31,927 nucleotides of DNA from positions 1-31,927 of IMG/VR virus record IMGVR_UViG_3300042807_000639; one strand, given 5' to 3'. This DNA is from a virus. Lineage: Duplodnaviria > Caudoviricetes. The position numbers and the translations under genes were made by a program. Shown here one piece after another: positions 16,003 through 24,401 of this stretch; the first letter of the stretch is position 1; each line of letters begins with the position of its first letter. The notes beneath the pieces are model-generated. The model searched no databases, had not been told where the DNA came from, and saw nothing but the letters and a program-made list of their open reading frames with translations.

Positions 16003-17364
16003 ATGGCCAGATTTGAAATCCACACCATCGCACCAGACAATACGCAGCGCATCCTGATCTACGACAACGAAGCCAGCACCCTCACATGGGAGGACGGCGA
16101 GCCGGTCGTCCCCTACGCGCCTGCTGTCTTTGCTGATGCCAGTGTCATCAGCAGCACCGCGCCCGGCACCAAAGGCCTGATCCGCACCCTCAAAATCAGC
16201 CTCGGGCTGTCCTGCAACTATGCCTGCAGTTATTGCAGCCAGCGATTCGTCCCCCACGCGGAAAACACCGGCCCGCAGGATGTGGCGGATTTCCTTCAAC
16301 AACTCACCGCCAGCGTGGAAGCACCGCCCGGGCGTATCGAATTCTGGGGCGGCGAACCGCTGGTGTATCTCAAGACCCTGCGCCCGCTGGCGAACGCCCT
16401 GCGCGAGCTGTACCCGGCAGCACAATTCTCGATCATCACCAACGGCTCACTCCTCACCCGCGACATCAACGCCTGGCTCGACGAAACCGGCTTCTCGGTG
16501 GGGTTGTCCCACGACGGCCCCGGCCAATCGGCGCGGGGCCCGGACCCACTCGACGACCCCGACCGCCGCGATGCGATCTTCGATCTCTATCGCAGGCTGC
16601 ATCCCAAGGGAAAGATCAGCATCAACCCGATGATCAGCGCCCACAACCCGAGCCGCGGCGCAGTGCAGGCGTGGCTGCAGGCGCGTTTCGGTGAGGATGT
16701 GCAGATCGGAGAAGGCGCTTTCATCGACCCCTATGACGAGGGCGGGATTGCCGCGACGTTCCACACCCCCGAGGAGCACGCCCGTTTCCGGCGACACGCT
16801 TTCGCAGATCTGCGCAACGGCGCGGCAAGTCGCTTCGCAATCGCCAGCAGCAAGGTGCTGGATTTCATCCAGTCGATCCGCGAACAACGCCCTGCCCGCG
16901 CGGTGGGTCAAAAGTGTGGAATGGATCGCAGCGACAACATCGCAGTCGACCTCAAGGGCAACGTGCTCACCTGCCAGAACGTCAGCGCCGCTGCGCAGGC
17001 CCCCAACGGGGAGCCCCACCGCATCGGGCACCTCTCCGACCTCAAAGAAGTGAGTATGCGCAGCGCCACCCACTGGCGCCATCGCCCCCAATGCCCCGGT
17101 TGTCCTGTGCTGCAGCTGTGCAAGGGCTCCTGCATGTTTCTCGAAGGCGCGTTGTGGCAAGCCGGTTGTGACGCCGCGTATTCAGACAACGCGGTGTTCC
17201 TCGCGGCGGCGATCGAGTTTCTCACCGGATGTGTGCCAGTGTTCATCGAGGGCGACATTCCGCCCGAGCGCAAAGATGTGTTCGGCTTCATCCAGCAAGG
17301 CACATCCGACCCCCCGAAAAAGCGCGTCATTCCGATTCAGGCCGTAGAGGCCGTCACCCCCTGA
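16003..17364 (+). CDS. Radical SAM / SPASM-domain enzyme (peptide/protein maturase type)
   Basis: CNYACSYC, FWGGEPL, ITNGSLL, SHDG; complete 7-Cys SPASM motif C-x13-G-x4-C...CPGC-x5-C-x3-C-x11-C. Confidence 0.93.
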   Translation: MARFEIHTIAPDNTQRILIYDNEASTLTWEDGEPVVPYAPAVFADASVISSTAPGTKGLIRTLKISLGLSCNYACSYCSQRFVPHAENTGPQDVADFLQQLTASVEAPPGRIEFWGGEPLVYLKTLRPLANALRELYPAAQFSIITNGSLLTRDINAWLDETGFSVGLSHDGPGQSARGPDPLDDPDRRDAIFDLYRRLHPKGKISINPMISAHNPSRGAVQAWLQARFGEDVQIGEGAFIDPYDEGGIAATFHTPEEHARFRRHAFADLRNGAASRFAIASSKVLDFIQSIREQRPARAVGQKCGMDRSDNIAVDLKGNVLTCQNVSAAAQAPNGEPHRIGHLSDLKEVSMRSATHWRHRPQCPGCPVLQLCKGSCMFLEGALWQAGCDAAYSDNAVFLAAAIEFLTGCVPVFIEGDIPPERKDVFGFIQQGTSDPPKKRVIPIQAVEAVTP

Positions 17365-17380
17365 ACAACCAGTCCCCGAA

Positions 17381-17415
17381 GCCCCGCATGGCGCGTGCCA
17401 TTGCGGGCGTTTTTT
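17381..17415 (+). terminator. Rho-independent terminator-like hairpin after the radical SAM gene
   Basis: CCCGCA-TGGC-GCGT-GCCA-T-TGCGGG stem-loop followed by CG and T6. Confidence 0.75.
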
Positions 17416-17431
17416 ACTTTGGAGCCCGCCG

Positions 17432-17731
17432 ATGACAACACCGGAAAAGATAACGCCTTCAGACAATATGCTCCTCCTGCGCAAGGAGGACTTCGATGAC
17501 CTGCTCGACCACGCCGCACAGCGCGGCGCCGAACGGGCTCTGGCCAGCCTCGGCCTCGAAAACGGCCACGCCGCCCGTGACATTCGCGATCTGCGCAGCT
17601 TGATCGAAGCCTGGCGCGAAGCCCGTAAAACGATGTGGCAAACCGCCGTGAAGGTGCTCACCACTGGCGTACTGGCCGCCTTGCTGGTGGGCCTCGCCAT
17701 GAAACTGCGCCTGATGGGAGGCCCGCAATGA
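17432..17731 (+). CDS. Small membrane protein, DUF6127-like, putative holin/lysis accessory
   Basis: DIRDLRSLIEAWREARKTMWQT followed by one C-terminal hydrophobic segment; first gene of the lysis block. Confidence 0.65.
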   Translation: MTTPEKITPSDNMLLLRKEDFDDLLDHAAQRGAERALASLGLENGHAARDIRDLRSLIEAWREARKTMWQTAVKVLTTGVLAALLVGLAMKLRLMGGPQ

Positions 17732-18204
17732 TCGAAACCCTTCTTGGCGGGTTACTGGGTGGCACCTTCCGCCTCGCGCCCGAAATCCTCAAGTGGCTGG
17801 ACCGAAAAGGCGAACGCGGCCACGAGCTGGCGATGCAGGACAAGGCGCTGGAATTCGAAAAGCTGCGCGGCCCACAACGCATGGCCGAAATCGGCGCGGG
17901 TGCCGATGCTGCATGGAACGTCGGGGCTATTGAAACCCTGCGCGAAGCTGTTCGGACTCAGGGCGAGAAAACTGGTGTGCGCTGGGCTGATGCGTTGTCT
18001 TGCAGCGTGCGCCCGGTCATCACCTACTGGTTTATGGTCTTGTACTGCGCCGCCAAGACGGCCGCATTCGCGGCTGCAGTGACTGCAGGTGCCGGCTGGG
18101 GCACGGCGATTCTGCATGCCTGGACAGAGGCAGATCAGGCGCTTTGGGCCGGGGTGCTCAACTTCTGGTTTCTTGGGCGCGTGTTTGACCGGCTAAAGCC
18201 ATGA
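17728..18204 (+). CDS. Putative holin (3TM/GTA-holin-like)
   Basis: MIETLLGGLLGG...SVRPVITYWF...LNFWFLGR with hydrophobic segments; ATGA overlaps at both ends; GGAGG RBS. Start reassigned from 17635. Confidence 0.65.
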   Translation: MIETLLGGLLGGTFRLAPEILKWLDRKGERGHELAMQDKALEFEKLRGPQRMAEIGAGADAAWNVGAIETLREAVRTQGEKTGVRWADALSCSVRPVITYWFMVLYCAAKTAAFAAAVTAGAGWGTAILHAWTEADQALWAGVLNFWFLGRVFDRLKP

Positions 18205-18668
18205 TCGAGGTGCCTCAAGCAGCGATCGATCTGGCGAAGCGCTTCGAGGGGTTCGAGTGCAAGGTTAAACGAGGAATCGAGATCACCGCCGTTCCCTATA
18301 TCTGCCCCGCAGGTTTCTGGACGATTGGGTACGGCCACCTTTGCGACCCCAAACACTCGCCGATCACGGAAGCAGAAGCCGAGGTTTATTTGGCGCGCGA
18401 CCTGCAGACGGCGCTCGCCGCGACGCTGCGTTACTGCCCGGTGCTCGCCGCCGAACCCGAAGGGCGACTTTCGGCCATCGTGGACTTCACCTTCAACCTT
18501 GGCGTAGGGCGGCTGCAGACGTCGACGCTACGGCGGCGTATCAATCAGCGGGACTGGGTTGCGGCCGGGCAGGAGCTGCGCCGATGGGTTTATGGCGGCG
18601 GGAAAGTGCTGCCGGGACTCGTCACACGGCGGGAGGCTGAGGCCGCTTGGCTGCTTCGCAACGCCTGA
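18201..18668 (+). CDS. Endolysin, GH24 phage lysozyme
   Basis: FEG...YICPAGFWTIGYGH, FTFNLG...STLRRRIN, RWVYGGGKVLPGLVTRREAE. Confidence 0.95.
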   Translation: MIEVPQAAIDLAKRFEGFECKVKRGIEITAVPYICPAGFWTIGYGHLCDPKHSPITEAEAEVYLARDLQTALAATLRYCPVLAAEPEGRLSAIVDFTFNLGVGRLQTSTLRRRINQRDWVAAGQELRRWVYGGGKVLPGLVTRREAEAAWLLRNA

Positions 18669-18689
18669 TCCCGAACCGCGCGGAAGAGC

Positions 18690-18718
18690 TTGGCTTTACC
18701 GCCGAACAGCGCGTTCAT
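18690..18718 (+). promoter_or_regulatory. Possible promoter for the 18748 ORF
   Basis: TTGGCT-17 nt-GTTCAT in the intergenic gap; the -10 match is weak. Confidence 0.25.
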
Positions 18719-18747
18719 GTCATCCACGCCAATTCGGAGCACAACCA

Positions 18748-19038
18748 ATGAGCAATCAATTCAAAAAGGCAGTCATCGACGATGTGTCCTGCCGCAGCAT
18801 CGACGAAACCTTGCAGGCGAGCCTGCTGGATTTGTTTGAGTACGCCATGAAAACGGCCGCGATGACGCTTGTCCGCGAGGCCAAGTTCGATACGTCTGAT
18901 TTCGCTACCGCCAAGGAACGAAACTGTGAGGGCTTTGCGCTGCTCGTGAGCCGAGCACGCGCCGACTCACGCAACGAATGGTTTGGGGCGTTTCAGCGGG
19001 GCGAGCAGCGCCTCGATGTGATCGGCCACCTCGAGTAG
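18748..19038 (+). CDS. Hypothetical protein (96 aa), moron-like, at the prophage end
   Basis: GGAG RBS at about 18736; protein-like sequence MSNQFKKAVIDD...; start reassigned from 18559. Confidence 0.65.
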   Translation: MSNQFKKAVIDDVSCRSIDETLQASLLDLFEYAMKTAAMTLVREAKFDTSDFATAKERNCEGFALLVSRARADSRNEWFGAFQRGEQRLDVIGHLE

Positions 19039-19044
19039 CCTTCT

Positions 19045-19992
19045 TCAGTCCGTCGTCTCGGGAACATCCCAATCGGCCAGCCTCGCTTCGCCGGTTTGGT
19101 AGAACTGCTTCACAAGTTTCACGTAGTCCAGAAAATCCCGGTTTTCGGTTGCCAGCCGGTTGGCCATGTCCCAATCAATCTCGTCTCGTTCACGAGCTGG
19201 AATCAAGACCTGGCTCTCTGCCGGGTTGTCGGCATCCAGTTTGATCAGGCCGATGCCGTGGGCGGCGAACAGCATTCGCAGCTCCTTGAGCGTGTCCTGG
19301 CCCTCGATCTCCGCAGCGACCAGATAGCCAAAATTGGCCCATGACGAGTTTGAAACCGCCTGGAAAAAGCATTCACGCACGTTCGACCGGTTGATCAGCA
19401 ACTTGGCCTCGAACGACCACAGCTTGGTGCGCTTGTCGGAATACTGATTCACGCAGTCCCGCACCTCCTGGTGCCACTCAGCGCCCAAGTCCTCCATCCC
19501 GATCACGTCCGGGTACAGCCAGCGGTTGCCATTCGGGCCGCGTTTGTTCGATGAGCGCTTCTCGTCGATGCGCTTCGAATAGACCCTGAACTCTTCCCAC
19601 AGATACAGCGAGAGCAGCGGGTACATCGCGTGTTCACCCAGCGATTTGCCATCGGGGCTTACGGTGGTGCTAGTGGCCGTACTCTCAGCCGCAGCAACTT
19701 CTGCGACGTCTGATTTTTCCGTGTAGTAGTACTTGCGCGGCCTACCCTCGGTAGTCTTCAACTCCGGGTGTCTCTTCTGCAAGCTGGGACGCCGTGAGCC
19801 AATTTCCGCAACCAGCTGCTGCACCAAGTCGCCGTCGGTTTTGATGTACCCGCCTTGGCTGTTGGATTTCTTCTCCTGGCACTCCGTGGGATAGGTACCA
19901 AATATCCACTCAGCGATCTGTCGAGCCGTCAGCTTTTCCTCGGGTCGTGCTTTCAAGCAATCCAGTACAGCTTTCGCCAGATTCAATGCCAT
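19045..19992 (-). CDS. COG2958/HrgA-like protein: N-terminal HTH plus PD-(D/E)XK nuclease-like domain
   Basis: LTARQIAEWI; WLYPDVIG...WSFEAK...FFQAVSNSSWANFGYLVA. Start at ATG 19992 after AAGGGGG. Confidence 0.8.
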   Translation of the reverse strand: MALNLAKAVLDCLKARPEEKLTARQIAEWIFGTYPTECQEKKSNSQGGYIKTDGDLVQQLVAEIGSRRPSLQKRHPELKTTEGRPRKYYYTEKSDVAEVAAAESTATSTTVSPDGKSLGEHAMYPLLSLYLWEEFRVYSKRIDEKRSSNKRGPNGNRWLYPDVIGMEDLGAEWHQEVRDCVNQYSDKRTKLWSFEAKLLINRSNVRECFFQAVSNSSWANFGYLVAAEIEGQDTLKELRMLFAAHGIGLIKLDADNPAESQVLIPARERDEIDWDMANRLATENRDFLDYVKLVKQFYQTGEARLADWDVPETTD

Positions 19993-20020
19993 AGGCACCC
20001 CCTTTTTGCACTGGTATCGC

Positions 20021-23017
20021 TCACGCCGACGCTCCCGTCTGTGGCGGTGCCTTCGGCGGCACCGAGCCTGGCTGGTACGTGGAATCGAAGACCATATCCG
20101 TCAGCCAGCGTTTGAAACTCGGGTTGTCACTGAACTGCTTGAACAGCTCGGTATGGTCGGAGATCAGCTCCAGCACCACGCGATTGAGCGCCTTGTCGTG
20201 CTCCAGCTTGGCGTTCTGCTTGTCGGAGTTGGCCTGCGCGTTTTGGTAGGCCTTGTCCTGAGCCACGCGCGCTGGAATTTCCTCGGTAATGACCTTGCGA
20301 ATCTTGTCGCCGTCCTTCCACTCGATGTTGCCGAACATGTCGTTGAAGGCTCTGATGATGTTCGACAACTTGTCGATTTCCGGCGTACCGCCACCACCGC
20401 CGCCGCCGGGCGGGGGCGGTTCGATGAAGGCGTCGGCATCGTCCATCGACATCTTCAGTGACGCCTGCGCTTCTACCCGATAGCTGTCCATGTCGATGGC
20501 TTCCAGCACGCCCTTGGAGAGGTCTTCCTCCTTCGGGGCCGGTAGCTTCGGGATCAGGAAGTTCAGGAAGATCGACAGCTTTTCCCAAGCCGGGTGGCCG
20601 TAGGTCAGGATCGCAGCAAGAAAGCCGTAGCTGCGCACGAAAGCCTTGGCCTTGCCCTTGAACTCGACTTGACCGTCTTCGTCCAGGTTGTCGATGTACT
20701 CGGCCACACAGGTATCGAGAATGGGGTCGAGCTTGTCGCGGTCTGCGCCGGTGACATAAAGCGCAACCAAATCTTCAACCTGCTGCCAGCTGTACACCTG
20801 TTTGGCATCGAGGTCATTCTTCAAGTCGTGCAGCTTGTTGGGGTCGGTTTCGCCGACCTGCACCGTCGCGCGGTAATAGTCCTGAAATGCGGCTTTCACG
20901 GCCTCGGCGTTGTCGGCAAAGTCCAGCACGAAGGTATCGCGCTTTTGCGGGTGAGCTCGGTTCAGCCGCGACAGCGTTTGCACCGCCAGCACGCCCGCCA
21001 GCGGCTTGTCCACGTACATCGTATGCAGCAGCGGCTCGTCAAAGCCCGTGACGAACTTGTTGGCGACGATCAGAAAGCGATACGGGTCTTGCTTGAGCTT
21101 GGACGGAATGTCCTTGCTCGGGAATTCGTTGAGATCGGCTTCGGTCTTCCTCACCCCCCCAATTTCAAAGTCACCCGAGTACGCCACGATGGCCTTAAAC
21201 GGGCTCTTGATCGAGGCGAGGTAATCCGACAACTCGCGGTAGTAGTCGATGGCCCGTGCGATGCCGTTGCAAACGATCATCGCTCGCGCCTTGCCACCGA
21301 TCTTTTGCTTGCCCGCCACCTGCGCCACGAAGTGGTCGACCATGATCTCGGCCTTCTTGCGGATGGCCTTATCGTGGGATTCGACGTAGTGACGAATCTT
21401 TTTCAGCGCCTTCACCTTGTCGAAGTCGGGATCGTCCTCCACCGTCTTGGCGACGTGATAGAAGCTGTCCACCGACGTGTAGTTCGCAATCACGTCGAGG
21501 ATGAAACCCTCTTGAATGGCCTGCTTGGTGGTGTAGGTCAGTTCCTCCGGTGAGCGGTAACGCGCCTCACTGCCCTCGATGAACCGCTCCCCGAACAACT
21601 CTAGCGTCCGGTTTTTCGGCGTGGCGGTGAAGGCGAAGTAGCTGGCGTTCGACAGCATCTTGCGCGACTCGATCAGCTTGTTGACGGCGTCCTCAACGGA
21701 TTCCTCGTCGTCCTCGTCGTCACCAGGAGCGCCTGACAGGGCCATGTGCATCTTGGCCGTCGTCTTGCCGCCCTGGCTGGAATGCGCCTCGTCGATCAGC
21801 AACGCGAACTTCTTGCCGCCGAGGTCGCCCAGCTCATCGAGGATGAACGGGAACTTCTGCACCGTCGTGACGATGATCTTCTTGCCTTTGCGCAGGAAGG
21901 CGCGCAGCTCGGCGGCATCCTCGGAATGGCCGAAGATCGACGCAACGTGGTCGTAGCTCTTGATGGTGCGGGCGATCTGGGTATCAAGCGCGCGTCGGTC
22001 GGTGATGACGATCACCGAGTCGAACTGAGCCAGCATTGCATCGGCGGCCGTTTTGAGTTCGACCAACTGGTGAGCCAACCACGCGATGGTGTTGCTCTTG
22101 CCACTGCCTGCCGAATGCTGGATGAGATAACGCTTGCCAACCCCGTCCTCGCGGGAGCGGCGCAGTAAGGCACGAACAGTACGCAGTTGGTGAAACCGTG
22201 GGAACACCTGCTTGCGCCGCTTCTTGCCCTTTTCGTCTTCCTCTTCCACCACCTGCGTGAAGTTCTCGATGATGTTGGCCAGCGAGTCCTTGACCAGCAC
22301 CTGCTTCCACAGATAGTCGGTTTTCAAGCCGTGCGGGTTGGGCGGATTGCCTGCATCGCTGTTCCAACCCTGGTTGAATGGCAGGAACCACGAGGTCTTT
22401 CCGGTCAGATGCGGGCAGAACCGCACCTCGGCGTCGTCCACCGCCATGTGCGCCACGCAGCGCCCCAATTGGAACAGCAGCTCGGCCGGGTTGCGATCAG
22501 TCTGGTACTGAGTGATGGCGTCAGCGACGGTCTGCTTGGTCAGCGAGTTCTTCAACTCGAATGTCATCACCGGCAGGCCATTGATGAAGGTGGCGACGTC
22601 CAGCGAGCGCTGCGACTCGTCATTGCTGTAGCGCAACTGGCGGGTGACACTGAAGATGTTCTTGCCGAAGTTCTCGGCAGCACTGGCGTTGCCCGGCGTT
22701 GGCAGCAACTTGTACAGGTCAACGTGAACCGGCCCATGGCCTACGCCCTTGCGCAGCACATCGACCACGCCCCGCTTGGCGATCTCGCCCTGGATGCGGT
22801 GCAAGAACTGGGTGCGCTTGATTCCCTCGCTTGCCAGTTCCAGTGTTTCGACGGCCTTGGGCTGGGTGGCCTGCAGAAACGCCAGCAACTGCACCACGTC
22901 CACCGCCACGTCGCGGTTGTAGTCGCTAGGGTTGCCCTGCACGTAGCCGCCGCCGGTGCAGAGGTCGCGCACGATCAAGGCCTCCACGCCCTTTTCGCTG
23001 GTGTCAGTCGTCGCCAT
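20021..23017 (-). CDS. hsdR: Type I restriction enzyme subunit R
   Basis: LDVATFINGLPVMTFELKN (nuclease), HSAGSGKS (Walker A), DEAH, FTATP, TGFDEP, QTLSRLNR. Start at ATG 23017. Confidence 0.97.
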   Translation of the reverse strand: MATTDTSEKGVEALIVRDLCTGGGYVQGNPSDYNRDVAVDVVQLLAFLQATQPKAVETLELASEGIKRTQFLHRIQGEIAKRGVVDVLRKGVGHGPVHVDLYKLLPTPGNASAAENFGKNIFSVTRQLRYSNDESQRSLDVATFINGLPVMTFELKNSLTKQTVADAITQYQTDRNPAELLFQLGRCVAHMAVDDAEVRFCPHLTGKTSWFLPFNQGWNSDAGNPPNPHGLKTDYLWKQVLVKDSLANIIENFTQVVEEEDEKGKKRRKQVFPRFHQLRTVRALLRRSREDGVGKRYLIQHSAGSGKSNTIAWLAHQLVELKTAADAMLAQFDSVIVITDRRALDTQIARTIKSYDHVASIFGHSEDAAELRAFLRKGKKIIVTTVQKFPFILDELGDLGGKKFALLIDEAHSSQGGKTTAKMHMALSGAPGDDEDDEESVEDAVNKLIESRKMLSNASYFAFTATPKNRTLELFGERFIEGSEARYRSPEELTYTTKQAIQEGFILDVIANYTSVDSFYHVAKTVEDDPDFDKVKALKKIRHYVESHDKAIRKKAEIMVDHFVAQVAGKQKIGGKARAMIVCNGIARAIDYYRELSDYLASIKSPFKAIVAYSGDFEIGGVRKTEADLNEFPSKDIPSKLKQDPYRFLIVANKFVTGFDEPLLHTMYVDKPLAGVLAVQTLSRLNRAHPQKRDTFVLDFADNAEAVKAAFQDYYRATVQVGETDPNKLHDLKNDLDAKQVYSWQQVEDLVALYVTGADRDKLDPILDTCVAEYIDNLDEDGQVEFKGKAKAFVRSYGFLAAILTYGHPAWEKLSIFLNFLIPKLPAPKEEDLSKGVLEAIDMDSYRVEAQASLKMSMDDADAFIEPPPPGGGGGGGTPEIDKLSNIIRAFNDMFGNIEWKDGDKIRKVITEEIPARVAQDKAYQNAQANSDKQNAKLEHDKALNRVVLELISDHTELFKQFSDNPSFKRWLTDMVFDSTYQPGSVPPKAPPQTGASA

Positions 23018-24401
23018 CGTCTTCCTCCCCATCGGTATCCAATTCTTCGTCGCCGCCCAGTGCCGTCAGGTCTTCCTCGGCCACCACGTCATCCGGGCCC
23101 GGCACCCAGCCGCGCACATCCACTTGGCCGGTGACGACATCGGCAATTTGCCGGTCACGTAACTCTCGTATGAGTTCGATCGCTTTTTGCTCAAGCAAAA
23201 TGCCTGCATCAAGCTCTATACAAAGCGCTCTTATGTGCTCCACAACTTTGTTTTGCTCTTCATCATCAGGACATGGAACCATCAGGTCTTTTATCGTGCT
23301 GGCGTTGAGTGCTGGCACTGGGCCTGGATTTGCGAGCTTTCCGAAGTCCAACAGAGTAAGAACCCAGAACCAGTACTCGGGATTCCCGGAGAACGGCACA
23401 AACGCCATTACGTTGTTGTCCACGCAGGAGCTGCGAACAAGTAGCCTACGTTTGTTCGTCAACAATGCTCCACCGACTTTTGGAAAGATCGTTGCACCTG
23501 AAGGGAATATCTTTGCGCCTAAGGCTGCTGCCTGATCTCGACTGACACTATTTTTTGCTGTCAGCATTTGAAACTCGTTGCCAGCTGACGTCATGTCAGA
23601 AACCTTGAAAAATGGGATCTCAAAAGAAGTTTTGCCTTGAAACTCAATTGGGAATCCGGCTCCAGATCCAAATCGCCCCGCCTGCTTCAACTTCTTGAGA
23701 TCCCAATGGGCTGGTAATTCGCCAATCCAGTCAACTCCAGAGGGTTTTGTGCTCACTCCTTCTTTAATGCCATTAGTTAGCGCCCGTTGGATCAGGTTCT
23801 TCTTCTGCTCTTGTAAGAGCCCAACTAACTCACGTTTGACCTTGATGAAGCGGGCTATGTTGGCGTCCTGCGCCCGCAGGTAGGCGACGATCTGGTCTTG
23901 CTCGGCGCGCGACGGCACCAAAGACGGCATCTGCTTGAATTCGTCCCAATAGAGCCGGTTGCGGTCGGCCACGATGCCGCGTGAGAACTTGTTCACCTCG
24001 CGCATGTAGGCGTCGGTGCGGAACAAGTAGCTGTAGTAGGCGCTGTTGGCATCCTCGAACGGCTTGACGACCACATAGGCCGGGCTCACCAAACCATCGA
24101 CTGGCGCGGGTCCAAGTGCGCCTTGCCACATCCGCATCATGTTGTAGGCGATGTCGCCCTTGGCTGCGCGCTTGTACTTTTCCTTCTGGCTCATCACCTG
24201 TTTGCGCTTGAGGTTTTCCATGTCGCGCACACGCACGCCAGTGCGCAGGGACACCTCCAGAATGGGCAGATCGGGGAAGCCAGTCTGAACCCGATGTGCG
24301 AACAGGCGACCGTTGCGAAGCACATTCCAGCCTTGCGGCACCTCGGGGACCCAAGGGAGACCGGAATCCTGATAGGTGGGATAAGTTGCTTGCAAAGCCA
24401 T
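23004..24401 (-). CDS. hsdS: Type I R-M specificity subunit S
   Basis: Two TRDs with conserved spacers SGLPWVPEVPQGW / SGVDWIGELPAHW, P..EQ..IV and VVTGQVDVR; TGATG overlap with hsdM. Confidence 0.95.
   Translation of the reverse strand: MALQATYPTYQDSGLPWVPEVPQGWNVLRNGRLFAHRVQTGFPDLPILEVSLRTGVRVRDMENLKRKQVMSQKEKYKRAAKGDIAYNMMRMWQGALGPAPVDGLVSPAYVVVKPFEDANSAYYSYLFRTDAYMREVNKFSRGIVADRNRLYWDEFKQMPSLVPSRAEQDQIVAYLRAQDANIARFIKVKRELVGLLQEQKKNLIQRALTNGIKEGVSTKPSGVDWIGELPAHWDLKKLKQAGRFGSGAGFPIEFQGKTSFEIPFFKVSDMTSAGNEFQMLTAKNSVSRDQAAALGAKIFPSGATIFPKVGGALLTNKRRLLVRSSCVDNNVMAFVPFSGNPEYWFWVLTLLDFGKLANPGPVPALNASTIKDLMVPCPDDEEQNKVVEHIRALCIELDAGILLEQKAIELIRELRDRQIADVVTGQVDVRGWVPGPDDVVAEEDLTALGGDEELDTDGEEDDGDD

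Larger units (their letters stand above)
1..19038 (+). mobile_element. Prophage late region (lambda/HK97-like siphovirus): head-tail joining, tail, fibre/modification module, lysis; left part lies outside the window
   Basis: Co-oriented, tightly packed genes in canonical order connector-closure-gp10-terminator-tube-G/GT-TMP-M-L-K-I-J-fibres-lysis. No sheath gene. The right boundary is approximate because no att site was seen. Confidence 0.95.

Noticed and set aside
16003-17364. Anaerobic sulfatase maturase, PqqE or QueE assignment
   Set aside because: No sulfatase, pqq or 7-deazaguanine pathway genes nearby; a full SPASM domain argues against QueE.
11661-17430. Invertible tail-fibre cassette
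   Set aside because: No invertase, no inverted fibre tail on the - strand, and no flanking inverted repeats noticed.
20385-20420. GC-rich low-complexity repeat
   Set aside because: It simply encodes the PPPPGGGGGGG linker in HsdR.
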